A stretch of DNA of 64,000 nucleotides from Flavobacteriales bacterium (GTDB taxonomy: Bacteria; Bacteroidota; Bacteroidia; NS11-12g; UBA955): contig NSIM01000006.1 of the NCBI GenBank assembly GCA_002737705.1, forward strand, positions 11,002 through 75,001, in the 5' to 3' direction. Position numbers and translations under genes: made by a program. Below are positions 19,192-28,819 of this stretch, in pieces; within the stretch, counting starts at the first letter, position 1, and each line of letters starts with the position of its first letter. The notes beneath the pieces are model-generated. The model saw only the letters and a list, made by a program, of their open reading frames with translations. It was not told the origin of the DNA and made no database searches.

Positions 19192-20517
19192 TTATTTTTT
19201 TGATTTTAAGTGAGCGATATGGTATTCGCCAACCTGATTGCCCAATTGTTTTCCTGCAATATTTCCATCCATAAAATGAATGCCGCCGTAAACACGGGAA
19301 ATACAGGCTTGATCACTTGCTTCACGGAAATTTTTAAAATTACGCACACCCAATCCAAATTCATTTTCTGCGCTATCGATAAAAGAATACTCGCCAAATA
19401 TTTCCGTTAATACAGTGGCTGCAGCACTAGAAACAGTGCTGTGACCTGAAGGGAATTCTGGAAATGCAGGGGTTTGTATGGGTGGTGTCCAACTCGAATC
19501 TAGGAGTTGCTGAATGGCGCTAATGGGTCGAATATACTCTTCTTTATATTTCACATACCAGCAAGCAATAAAGGCATCAAAAATGACAGAAGATAGATGA
19601 AGCATTCCATCAGCTGACTGAATCAAAGAATATTTTTTTTGTCTTGCTACGTTTGAAAACATGGATAACCAATGACCGGCTGGCGAAATTTTGAGGATGT
19701 TTATGGTAGCATGTCCATAATGAACAGAAGAATTCGGATTGTCATCCCAATACAAGGCTGTTTCAAGGTTTTGTTTGCTATTTTGATTTACGATTGTGTA
19801 AACTTCGTTGGCAATCTGAAAAAAACGTGATTTTTTATTGGAATCAAATTTCTCAGGCGCAGGATACGAAAACCCCCGCGGTGATTTCAATAAAACGGGC
19901 CTAATTTTACCCCAATTCGGCTCAATTGCATCCATAAAATCTGTAGCAGTGGGTTCCCATTTACCAGGACTGTTTTTGACAAGGTAAAATTCACGGCCGC
20001 GGTAATAATTGAAAGAATCCAATTTAGACCATTTGACAATGTGCTTCCCCACTGCATCACCATAGGCAATAGATGCATCGAACATTGACAATGACATTTT
20101 GGGCTTGTAAAATGCAAGTTGCCGATTTCTAAAAAAGACAATAGAATCTTCTTTATACACGAGATTTTGGCTAACATAAGTATGGGCGGAGAGTGCGACA
20201 AGGTCTAAACAGTAGCTTAAAGAGGTGTCTGGCTTAGGCAAAGCACGTAGGCCGTTAAATGAAGGGGCAGCACTTTGGTAATCGGGGTAGAATGGCGCCA
20301 AAGACTCATAGGCAGCGATCGACGCATATACATATCTGCGAGAACCTACAGGGGCAGCAACACGGTCAACAACAATGGCATTTTGAATGGCGATATTACA
20401 CAAAGACAAAATATCGTTTTGGATAATGCGATTTTCTGTTTCAGCAGGTTTTCCGCAACGAACCAAAAATTGAGTCAATAACAGAATGCATAAAAACGAC
20501 GCGTGCGCAAATTTCAT
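19192..20517 (-). CDS. PAP2-superfamily protein resembling vanadium-dependent haloperoxidases (secreted lipoprotein-like)
   Basis: Signal peptide MKFAHASFLCILLLTQFLVRC. PAP2/haloperoxidase active-site motifs PSGHSTVSSAAATVL and SRVYGGIHF. Confidence 0.6.
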   Translation of the reverse strand: MKFAHASFLCILLLTQFLVRCGKPAETENRIIQNDILSLCNIAIQNAIVVDRVAAPVGSRRYVYASIAAYESLAPFYPDYQSAAPSFNGLRALPKPDTSLSYCLDLVALSAHTYVSQNLVYKEDSIVFFRNRQLAFYKPKMSLSMFDASIAYGDAVGKHIVKWSKLDSFNYYRGREFYLVKNSPGKWEPTATDFMDAIEPNWGKIRPVLLKSPRGFSYPAPEKFDSNKKSRFFQIANEVYTIVNQNSKQNLETALYWDDNPNSSVHYGHATINILKISPAGHWLSMFSNVARQKKYSLIQSADGMLHLSSVIFDAFIACWYVKYKEEYIRPISAIQQLLDSSWTPPIQTPAFPEFPSGHSTVSSAAATVLTEIFGEYSFIDSAENEFGLGVRNFKNFREASDQACISRVYGGIHFMDGNIAGKQLGNQVGEYHIAHLKSKK

Positions 20518-20581
20518 GGTTTAAATTTCACAAAAATCAAAACAAAAGAATGGGTGGGTAAAATAAATAAATAATTTGCTT

Positions 20582-20728
20582 TATTGGTCTTCCAAAACAA
20601 TGCCTGAAATTCCTTTGTATGGAGAGGCAATATTTACAACCATTTTCAAACGTTTGATATCCTGAACGCGTTTTGTGGTCCTGCTTCTATTTTTTGCTTC
20701 TTTTCGTTTAAGTCTTGTAACAGCCATG
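20582..20728 (-). CDS. small (48 aa) highly basic hypothetical protein; an unannotated short ORF (MAVTRLKRKEAKNRSRTTKRVQDIKRLKMVVNIASPYKGISGIVLEDQ)
   Basis: I translated the reverse strand myself. It has an ATG start and a TAA stop and is very Lys/Arg-rich. It lies in a 280-bp gap between two minus-strand genes. It is below the size threshold of the ORF track. Confidence 0.35.
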
Positions 20729-20799
20729 GTAATGAAATTAGGCTGCAAATCTAATCAATTATCTTGATTTCTACAATTAATAAACCGAAATTCATTCAA

Positions 20800-23700
20800 T
20801 TATAAGCGTCTTCCATTCACAGCATAAAATTCAATACTACCGACACCCTGCGTTTTCCAAATTCCTGGGCAAGGAGCACTAAGGTATCCATTACCCGAAG
20901 CGAGGCTTACATATTTTACGTTTCCGTTCACAATTACATGGGCATATAGGGCATTTTTTGGAGCCTTGACAAATACTATATCGAGGGGTTTGTTGCCTTT
21001 TTGGGTAATCACAAACCCTTTTGCTTGTGAATTGTTGTTGGCGATAATGAGTTTTACGCCATTTGATTTTGTGGGTAATAGTGTCATACTTTTCCCATCT
21101 TCTTGATTATAAACACCCAATTGAGAACCTGGCCGATAAAAAATATCGCCATTGTTATTGAACAAAACAAAACTAGGCATGGCATCATCTCGACCATGGG
21201 GAACCCGCGTAGTATAATTATTGCCTGTGCAAATAATATCATCAAATCCATTTCCATCGACATCGAATGCTTGCATTCCAAATAGGGGGGAAGATTGTGA
21301 GATAAATGGCAATGGTTTAAATTCGAATTTCCCCCCATTGTTCAGGACCAAGAAACTCGAAAAATTGCTTGCGGTAAGGCTGTTTTGATTCAAAGATTCT
21401 GTGCCAAAAATATCGACCATTGTTTTTCCAGCAAATTCGGTATAAGTGGTGAATTTTTTATTAATGAACCCAGGGTAGGATTTACCCATTTCATCCATGG
21501 TAAAAAGCGGATATTCAGAACCATTATACCTATAACTCATGGCTATATCTTGACGGCCATTTTTATCAAAATCAGCCCAATAAACCTTGCATGGGCTAGA
21601 AACATTGGCCTGAATAAAACTATTATTCCCTTTGTTCCCAACCACAAAATCTAAATCGCCATCATTGTCGATATCAATCGGCAAAATACTATTCATCCAA
21701 CCCGAGATTGTCGGATTGCCAACTTCGGATGTTTTGTTTACAAATTTTCCGTTGACATTTTCCATAAAAATCAGCGGCATCCACTCTCCAGCTAAAACCA
21801 AATCTGGCTTGCCGTCACCACTGTAATCTGCAAAAACTGCAGAACAAATCATTCCAGCATATTCTAAATCTGGAGCAATCGCAAGGGTGACATCCTTGAA
21901 TTTGCCATTGTTGTTTTGGAGGATATAGCTGCGAACTTCCAATGATGGGTAATTCCCTGGCATGGTTCGTCCAGCCACAAATAAGTCTAAATCACCATCG
22001 GCATCGTAATCGGCAGCGCTAACAGAGCTTCCGCTGGTGACTACTTTGGGCAACATTCCCCTGCTTTCAGTGTAATTCCCCTTCCCATCATTTAAATACA
22101 ATTTGTGTTCGTATTTAGCAGAGGGCCATTCAAATTCAGAACCACCTACCGAAACATATAAATCTTGGTCTCCGTCATTGTCTGGATCAAAAAACAAAGA
22201 ACCCATCACATCAACATCTAAATTGCGCCAAGGTTGACTAGAGGATAGCTTCAAGGATCCCAGCGCATCATTCGATTGCAAATACAAACAAGAGCCCTTG
22301 CTTTCCCTGGCATTGCCCAAAAAAACATCAATTAAGCCATCTCCATTAACATCAGCGGTAGACAGTCCAGGCCCAAGCATTGTGTATCTGTGAGGCAGCA
22401 GTGGCTCTCGCTTGAAATCAGGATTTTCCTGCTCCGAATGAACAAAATCCATACCCCAAAGTAGGCCATTTTCTTTAAAATAGTGTCCTTGATTACTGGG
22501 ATGGATTCTAGCCTCAGCCAATAGGGCATCGACGCTATTCAACGTCAAGGTTTGATTGGTACCGATGTCTTGTATGATTTGTGTTTTTCCGTTTGGCCAA
22601 ACAATCGTGAGCTTGGCAAGCTTGTCTTTTGTACCCATACCAATATGAATCATTGGCTCTGAAGAACTCTGATACCCTTTGGACATTTGCATTTCAAATT
22701 TTCGGACAGAACCAGAACCGTCTTCTACATAAATCTGACAACCCACACCAAATTTGTTTTGTCCAGATCCACCTTGGCAAATTATATTGAGATAATGATT
22801 GAGTTCATTCACATTCTTGTATACCATGGGCGATTCATTTTGGTTGCACACAACCAAATCCATGCGGCCATCTCCGTCTAGGTCACCCGTAGCTGAACCC
22901 GTGCTATGCGTGAGGTCATCAAGGCCCAATTCAGCGGCATAATTCAGAAACCCATTTCCATTTTGATTCATAAATAAAAAATTTTGAATTTTCTCGTAGG
23001 GCAGTTTTTGCAATAATTCTTCGTGGGTAAGGGGGCGCTTCTTTTGTTGTTCAATTCTACTTTGAAACAACACAAAGTCTAGGTTCGTTACATCTCTATA
23101 ATATCCATTTGAAATAAACAAATCGGTAAATCCGTCATCGTCAAAGTCAGATAGGATAGGACTCCAACTCCAATCAGATTTGGCAATTCCGTATAAATAT
23201 GACAAATCTGAAAAGTGACCATTGCCAAGATTCATCTGCAGGGTATTTTTTAAATATTGATGTTCATAGCCGTTTTTTATGCCCACCATTGTATAATCGT
23301 AATCTTTAGGACCCATCAACGACATAAATCTTTTGGGATTCTCAGAAAGCATATCAACCGTAACCAAATCACTCCATCCATCATTGTTTATATCGGCTAC
23401 ATCGCTTCCCATACTATTTGTACTGCTGTGTTTAAAGTGTGTATTAAATTGATTTGAGAAGGTGCCATCGCCATTATTGATATAGTAGAAATCTGGCACA
23501 TGGTAATCGTTACATATATAAAGGTCAACAAGGCCGTCATTATTATAATCAGCCGCAGCGGCACTTAAGCAATATCCCATAGCCAAAACACCGGCCTTTT
23601 CAGAAATGTCGACAAATTTTGTTCCATCATTTCTGAAAAAATGCTGTTGATTGTGGTCGTCCATATTCAGCGATCGGGTATAGGGCGTATTGATATTAGA

Positions 23701-24303
23701 AAAAAATTGATCGGCATGGTTTCCAAGATAAAAATCCAAATCCCCGTCATTGTCGAAATCAAAAAAGCTTGCACAGGTTGCATTTCCATCATTGTCAACT
23801 CCCCAAGCTGCAGCTTCCTCTGTAAAGGTTTCGTTTTTTTGATTGATAAATAGCTTGTTTCGTTTGGAACTGTTGTTTTTTATTGGCCCAGACGAGCAAA
23901 CATATATATCGAGCCATCCGTCATTGTTTACATCAACCATCGTTACGCCTGTCATCCACTGGTTTGTTTCAGTCCCACTGGTTTTTGTAATGTCTTTGAA
24001 TGCGAATTCTCCTTTGTTGAGATAGAGTTTAGAAGAGGTCTCATTTCCACTGAAATACAAATCGGGCTTGCCATCGTTATTGATATCCCCAATGGCCACA
24101 CCATTGCCATTGTATAGATAGTGATAGACAAACTGATTCAAAGAATCATTCTCGGGAATTGTATTGACGAAATCAATGCCTGTTTGAGAAACTTCTATTT
24201 TTTGGAACAATGTATTGGTTCCATCATCTTTAGATTGTTTGCATGAGCAAACCAAAAGAACCATTAAAATCATTGAAACAATAAAGGGACGATTTGATTT
24301 CAT
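20800..24303 (-). CDS. FG-GAP/VCBS-repeat protein with a C-terminal ASPIC/UnbV domain (CRTAC1 family), secreted
   Basis: Many D-x-N/D-x-D-G-x-x-D repeats (DINNDGKPDLY, DVNNDGWLDIY, DFDNDGDLDFY, DYNNDGLVDLY, DIDNDGDLDFV). The C-terminal ASGNGYLS motif is typical of UnbV_ASPIC. An N-terminal signal peptide is present. Confidence 0.75.
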   Translation of the reverse strand: MKSNRPFIVSMILMVLLVCSCKQSKDDGTNTLFQKIEVSQTGIDFVNTIPENDSLNQFVYHYLYNGNGVAIGDINNDGKPDLYFSGNETSSKLYLNKGEFAFKDITKTSGTETNQWMTGVTMVDVNNDGWLDIYVCSSGPIKNNSSKRNKLFINQKNETFTEEAAAWGVDNDGNATCASFFDFDNDGDLDFYLGNHADQFFSNINTPYTRSLNMDDHNQQHFFRNDGTKFVDISEKAGVLAMGYCLSAAAADYNNDGLVDLYICNDYHVPDFYYINNGDGTFSNQFNTHFKHSSTNSMGSDVADINNDGWSDLVTVDMLSENPKRFMSLMGPKDYDYTMVGIKNGYEHQYLKNTLQMNLGNGHFSDLSYLYGIAKSDWSWSPILSDFDDDGFTDLFISNGYYRDVTNLDFVLFQSRIEQQKKRPLTHEELLQKLPYEKIQNFLFMNQNGNGFLNYAAELGLDDLTHSTGSATGDLDGDGRMDLVVCNQNESPMVYKNVNELNHYLNIICQGGSGQNKFGVGCQIYVEDGSGSVRKFEMQMSKGYQSSSEPMIHIGMGTKDKLAKLTIVWPNGKTQIIQDIGTNQTLTLNSVDALLAEARIHPSNQGHYFKENGLLWGMDFVHSEQENPDFKREPLLPHRYTMLGPGLSTADVNGDGLIDVFLGNARESKGSCLYLQSNDALGSLKLSSSQPWRNLDVDVMGSLFFDPDNDGDQDLYVSVGGSEFEWPSAKYEHKLYLNDGKGNYTESRGMLPKVVTSGSSVSAADYDADGDLDLFVAGRTMPGNYPSLEVRSYILQNNNGKFKDVTLAIAPDLEYAGMICSAVFADYSGDGKPDLVLAGEWMPLIFMENVNGKFVNKTSEVGNPTISGWMNSILPIDIDNDGDLDFVVGNKGNNSFIQANVSSPCKVYWADFDKNGRQDIAMSYRYNGSEYPLFTMDEMGKSYPGFINKKFTTYTEFAGKTMVDIFGTESLNQNSLTASNFSSFLVLNNGGKFEFKPLPFISQSSPLFGMQAFDVDGNGFDDIICTGNNYTTRVPHGRDDAMPSFVLFNNNGDIFYRPGSQLGVYNQEDGKSMTLLPTKSNGVKLIIANNNSQAKGFVITQKGNKPLDIVFVKAPKNALYAHVIVNGNVKYVSLASGNGYLSAPCPGIWKTQGVGSIEFYAVNGRRL

Positions 24304-24340
24304 TATAAGGTGTACTTTGCGAAATTACGAAAAACTGCTG

Positions 24341-25609
24341 TTATTTACGAACCTGATCTACACGTAAAAATATAAATAGGAATAGGGTGAATGCCCATAA
24401 ACTACTGCCACCAAAAGACACAAAAGGCAAGGGGATACCGATCACAGGTATCAATCCTATTGTCATCCCAATATTTATTACCAAGTGGACAAACAGAACG
24501 CTGGCCAACGAATAGCCCAATACCCTGCCAAAAATTGTTGATTGACGTTCGGCCAGTATGACAACCCGTATGAGCATTCCAAAAAAAATCAATAAAAAAA
24601 TCAGGACCCCAACAAAACCCCATTCTTCACCGATGGTATCAAAAATAAAATCGGTATGCTGTGCGGGTACAAATCCCATTTTTGTTTGGGATCCTTGCAT
24701 ATAGCCACGACCCCAAAATTCGCCTGCACCGATTGCAATTTTTGATTGTTGAAGGTTGAATCCCACGCCTTTATTGTCCTCTTTTAAACCCAATATTAAT
24801 TCTATTCTATCCCGTTGATATGGTTGCAGGATTTGCTGGTAAACTGTTCCAACAACTGTATAAAAAAGTGAAGACAATACCGCTACAAGGATGATTATTT
24901 TGACAATTTCCTTGTCTTTGCGAAAAAACAATACAACCATGGAAGCCAATCCCAAAAGAATACCATAGCCATAAAAACTTGATATCCCATTGGCTTCACT
25001 CATGATTCTTAGAATTGAAAGAACCAAAAACCATACGGCTGCAAGCAGAATGAATCCTGGCAAATCCTCACGGTAAAGGACCAAAAAGAAAGCCATAAAA
25101 ACCAGTGCGCTGCCCGTGTCATTTTGTATAAGTATAATTGCCATCGGCAACAAAAAAATCATAAAACAGATGAATATATTTTTGAATCCCTGAAAACGAA
25201 TTCCATAGGTTCCCAAAAATTTTGCCAATGCGAGGGCCGTCGCTATTTTGGCGAATTCACTCGGTTGAATTCCAATACCACCGTACCCAAACCAAGATTT
25301 GGCACCCGATACTTCTTTGCCTAAAAACAAGACAGCGACATTCAATGCAATGGCAATGGCGTAAAATCCATAGGCGAAATAATCGATTACTACGATATTT
25401 GAAAAAACAATAGACAATACAATAATAAATGCACCCGCAATCCAGATTAATTGTTTGATTGCAATTGGGCTAAAACTGTACAATTTTTGATTGACAACAG
25501 AGGTTGCTGAATTTATGCTAATAAACCCAATAAAAATCAAACAGATATAAAAAAAAACGACAATAGAATCAATTTTACTGGTGGTTTTATTGTAGATTCT
25601 GATATCCAT
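24341..25609 (-). CDS. rodA: peptidoglycan glycosyltransferase RodA (SEDS family)
   Basis: FtsW/RodA/SpoVE-family polytopic membrane protein (GIGIQPSEFAKIATALALAKFL; VPAQHTDFIF). Located immediately downstream of PBP2. Confidence 0.85.
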   Translation of the reverse strand: MDIRIYNKTTSKIDSIVVFFYICLIFIGFISINSATSVVNQKLYSFSPIAIKQLIWIAGAFIIVLSIVFSNIVVIDYFAYGFYAIAIALNVAVLFLGKEVSGAKSWFGYGGIGIQPSEFAKIATALALAKFLGTYGIRFQGFKNIFICFMIFLLPMAIILIQNDTGSALVFMAFFLVLYREDLPGFILLAAVWFLVLSILRIMSEANGISSFYGYGILLGLASMVVLFFRKDKEIVKIIILVAVLSSLFYTVVGTVYQQILQPYQRDRIELILGLKEDNKGVGFNLQQSKIAIGAGEFWGRGYMQGSQTKMGFVPAQHTDFIFDTIGEEWGFVGVLIFLLIFFGMLIRVVILAERQSTIFGRVLGYSLASVLFVHLVINIGMTIGLIPVIGIPLPFVSFGGSSLWAFTLFLFIFLRVDQVRK

Positions 25610-25610
25610 A

Positions 25611-27452
25611 CTACTTAATTACGCTTGTTTTAATGCGTTCTTCCATATCTGGTTTGGAGGTAATTAATGATGGGCGGATGTATTTTTCTATCATTAGATT
25701 TGCAATAGGGGCTGCCCATGTTGCTCCAAATCCTCCGTTTTCAACAACAACAGCAATGGCAATTTTGGGATTGTCTTTTGGTGCGAATGCCAAAAATATA
25801 GAGTGGTCTCTACCGTGTGGATTCTGGGCAGTTCCTGTTTTAGCACATATTTCAATGTCTGCAATGCCCGTTCCATTTGCGGTTCCACCGGGTTTGGTTA
25901 CATCAGACATTCCATCGATTACCGTAACAAAATGCAATGGATTAATAGTTGTGAATTGTTTTATTTTGTATTTTCTATCCCAACCTGTATCGGAATAGCC
26001 CTCTATTTTTTTTACTAAATGTGGAGAATAATACCAACCCCTGTTAGCCAAAATGGCGGCAACATTGCATATCTGAAGGGGTGTAAGTAAAATTTCTCCC
26101 TGCCCAATACTCAAGGAAATGATGGTACTGCTTTTCCACCTTTCACCATGTCGCCTATTGAGTTGTCCTACGCTTGGAATATTGCCCTTAGACTCGCCCA
26201 AAAGGTCTATCCCCAGTTGTCGGCCCAACCCAAATGACCGGAGGTGTTTTTCCAAGGCAGCATAACCCAATTTTATATCTCCATATTTGGGATTGTCTAC
26301 AATATCTCGAAAAACTTGGCAATAATAACTATTACAGGAAATACGGATCGACCCACGTAAGTCTAGCGGACCACCATGGGCATGGCAACCAACTGTAATG
26401 CTTCCCAATCGATATCCACCGCCGCAGCCATGTGTCGTTGTAGCGTTCAAGACACCTTCTTGTATGCCAATCAATGCCATTACTGTCTTGAATGTAGATC
26501 CGGGAGGGTAGGTTCCTTTAACCGCCCTATTGTAAAGTGGCTTTTGTGGATCCAATAACAAAGCTTTAAATGTAGTGGAGCGTTCTTTGCCAATCATGGT
26601 GTTTTGGTCATAATCGGGATTGTTAATAAATACCAATACCTCTCCTGTTTTTGGCTCAATGGCAACGATACTTCCCCTTTTTCCATTTAACAAAAGCCTG
26701 CCATATTCTTGTAGATCAATGTCAAGGCTAGTTGTAACATCTGGACCAGCCACTGAAGGGTAGTTGAATTGCGTATCATGAACAGCACCTCGTTCTGCAT
26801 AGGTTCTATCTTGCCAAACGGTTTTCACCCCTTTTATACCGCGTATTTGTTTTTCGTAAAATCGCTCAATTCCCGTGATGCCAAGCAAATCTCCGGCTTG
26901 ATAATAATTGTCAATTTCAGCATTGGGTTCTTTTGTTTCACCCAGATAGCCCAATGCATGGGAAGCAGAAATAGTAGAAAATTGTCTATCTGTTCTAGAC
27001 TCAATAAAAAATCCCTTTAATCGGTATATGTTTTCACGGAGCAAAGCGAATTGACCATTGCTAAGGTTTGAATAAAAAATAGCCGACTTATTATAAGAAT
27101 TGTTTTTTTGTCTTTTATTAGACCGTATCGTCGCATCATCCAATAAAAAGCGAACTTGCTGAAAATTAATTTCTAAGATAGAACACAACAATCCGGTATC
27201 GAGGCTGGTAATTTGATGCGGGAATATCGACAAATCATACATCTGTGTACTATAAACCATCAATTTCCCTTTGCGATCGAAAATATTGCTTCGAGAAGGG
27301 TAGAGAGTGATTTTGTTCAGCGCATTGTGTATGGCCATTTTTTTGTATGGAACAGGACCAAGTTGAATATGCGCTATGCGGAGGGTGTAAACAAGAAATA
27401 TCAAAATAAACAATGCAATGTATACGAACTGCCTATTTTTTCTTGTTTCCAT
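25611..27452 (-). CDS. mrdA: penicillin-binding protein 2 (elongasome transpeptidase)
   Basis: Transpeptidase motifs STFK (PPGSTFKTV), SxN (SCNSY) and KTG (KTGTAQ). It sits between mreD and rodA. Confidence 0.9.
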   Translation of the reverse strand: METRKNRQFVYIALFILIFLVYTLRIAHIQLGPVPYKKMAIHNALNKITLYPSRSNIFDRKGKLMVYSTQMYDLSIFPHQITSLDTGLLCSILEINFQQVRFLLDDATIRSNKRQKNNSYNKSAIFYSNLSNGQFALLRENIYRLKGFFIESRTDRQFSTISASHALGYLGETKEPNAEIDNYYQAGDLLGITGIERFYEKQIRGIKGVKTVWQDRTYAERGAVHDTQFNYPSVAGPDVTTSLDIDLQEYGRLLLNGKRGSIVAIEPKTGEVLVFINNPDYDQNTMIGKERSTTFKALLLDPQKPLYNRAVKGTYPPGSTFKTVMALIGIQEGVLNATTTHGCGGGYRLGSITVGCHAHGGPLDLRGSIRISCNSYYCQVFRDIVDNPKYGDIKLGYAALEKHLRSFGLGRQLGIDLLGESKGNIPSVGQLNRRHGERWKSSTIISLSIGQGEILLTPLQICNVAAILANRGWYYSPHLVKKIEGYSDTGWDRKYKIKQFTTINPLHFVTVIDGMSDVTKPGGTANGTGIADIEICAKTGTAQNPHGRDHSIFLAFAPKDNPKIAIAVVVENGGFGATWAAPIANLMIEKYIRPSLITSKPDMEERIKTSVIK

Positions 27453-27455
27453 GGC

Positions 27456-27965
27456 TTATTTTTTACCTACCAAATATCTAAATATTTGCATAAAAAAAAT
27501 CGTCGATACAGCGCTGACAATAGATATCGAAATAATGGTAAAAAGTGCCGACCAACGAAAGTAATCAAATGAAAAGAAAATGAGGTGGTGTGCAAGAATG
27601 ATGGATAAGCAATACAAGTAATACCATTTCCATCCTTTATATTGTTCATTCACAGTTTGAAAACCCTGAAGTTGAAGTGAATTTTCATTGACAAAATAAC
27701 GGTCTATTGCATTTTTTATAAAGGCAATAGAAACGCATGCAGCAGAATGCATACCCATACTGCCTCCCAAAAAATCGAGTGTAAGCCCAAAGAAAAAAGA
27801 ACCGACCAATACCCCAAAACGATTTGCAGAAATGGGTAGAAGAAAAAAGAAATATACATAGGGCATGGGTTTTATCCACCAGGCCAAATTTATTTCTTTG
27901 AAGATCATTGTTTGAATGATCGCCAAAATCAATCCACTGAATATAAACCTAATTATCTCTATCAT
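27456..27965 (-). CDS. mreD: rod shape-determining protein MreD
   Basis: 169-aa polytopic membrane protein between mreC and mrdA. Confidence 0.7.
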   Translation of the reverse strand: MIEIIRFIFSGLILAIIQTMIFKEINLAWWIKPMPYVYFFFLLPISANRFGVLVGSFFFGLTLDFLGGSMGMHSAACVSIAFIKNAIDRYFVNENSLQLQGFQTVNEQYKGWKWYYLYCLSIILAHHLIFFSFDYFRWSALFTIISISIVSAVSTIFFMQIFRYLVGKK

Positions 27966-28806
27966 CCTTTGTGGGAATAGTATTGTCCAATTGGTCTATC
28001 TCTTCTTGTTGGATATTTTTTACAACAGAAACCATGTCTATCTTAGAAAAGTCTGTGGCCAATTTAACTTTTATGGTAAAAAAATTGGCTTTGAGGTTTG
28101 AACTGCTTTTAACGATGGTACCGATGGGTATCCCCGCAGGAAAAATTAATGAATAGTTACTTGTAAACAATTTCATTCCATTTTTTACTTTTACAAATCG
28201 ATTCACTTCTTCAAGTTCTACATATCTTGGATCTTCTCCATTCCAATTAATGACTCCATGACTGGCTTTTAATTCTTTGAAATAGGGAGTGATTTCAAAT
28301 TTTGAATTCAAAACCGACATTACAAGAGAATAATGTGCGGTTGATTCAACAACGATTCCAATGATTCCCATAGGTGATACAACAGACATGTGTTGTTTGA
28401 CGCCATTTTCATAACCTTGGTCTAATACAATAAAGTTATTTTGTTCACCCACAGAACTTCGAATTACACGGGCTTTGATGTATTCGTATTTAACAATGGT
28501 ATTGGTGATTGAATCTAGATAGCTGTCATTGCGCTTCGGAGAGTAATCGGTAAGATTCCAGTTTAACTGGTCTTTGAGCAATTGGTTTTCATAGACCAAT
28601 TCTTGGTTTTTTTCTCGAAGGCCAAAGTATTGGGTGATGTCTGATTTCCAGGAATCAATCTGGCGATAAAACCCCAATGATTGGTTGAAATAAATGCTTT
28701 GTTGATAGAGGTGAAATCGCAGAATTTGAGACCATGCACTTAAAAATAGCAATGCAAATAGGAGGGGGTAGGCTTGATTCCGAATCCAACGGAATATGAC
28801 TAACAT
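27949..28806 (-). CDS. mreC: rod shape-determining protein MreC
   Basis: 285 aa, with an N-terminal TM/coiled-coil region followed by a beta-rich domain. Located downstream of mreB. Confidence 0.75.
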   Translation of the reverse strand: MLVIFRWIRNQAYPLLFALLFLSAWSQILRFHLYQQSIYFNQSLGFYRQIDSWKSDITQYFGLREKNQELVYENQLLKDQLNWNLTDYSPKRNDSYLDSITNTIVKYEYIKARVIRSSVGEQNNFIVLDQGYENGVKQHMSVVSPMGIIGIVVESTAHYSLVMSVLNSKFEITPYFKELKASHGVINWNGEDPRYVELEEVNRFVKVKNGMKLFTSNYSLIFPAGIPIGTIVKSSSNLKANFFTIKVKLATDFSKIDMVSVVKNIQQEEIDQLDNTIPTKDDRDN

Positions 28807-28819
28807 TGATTACATCTAT

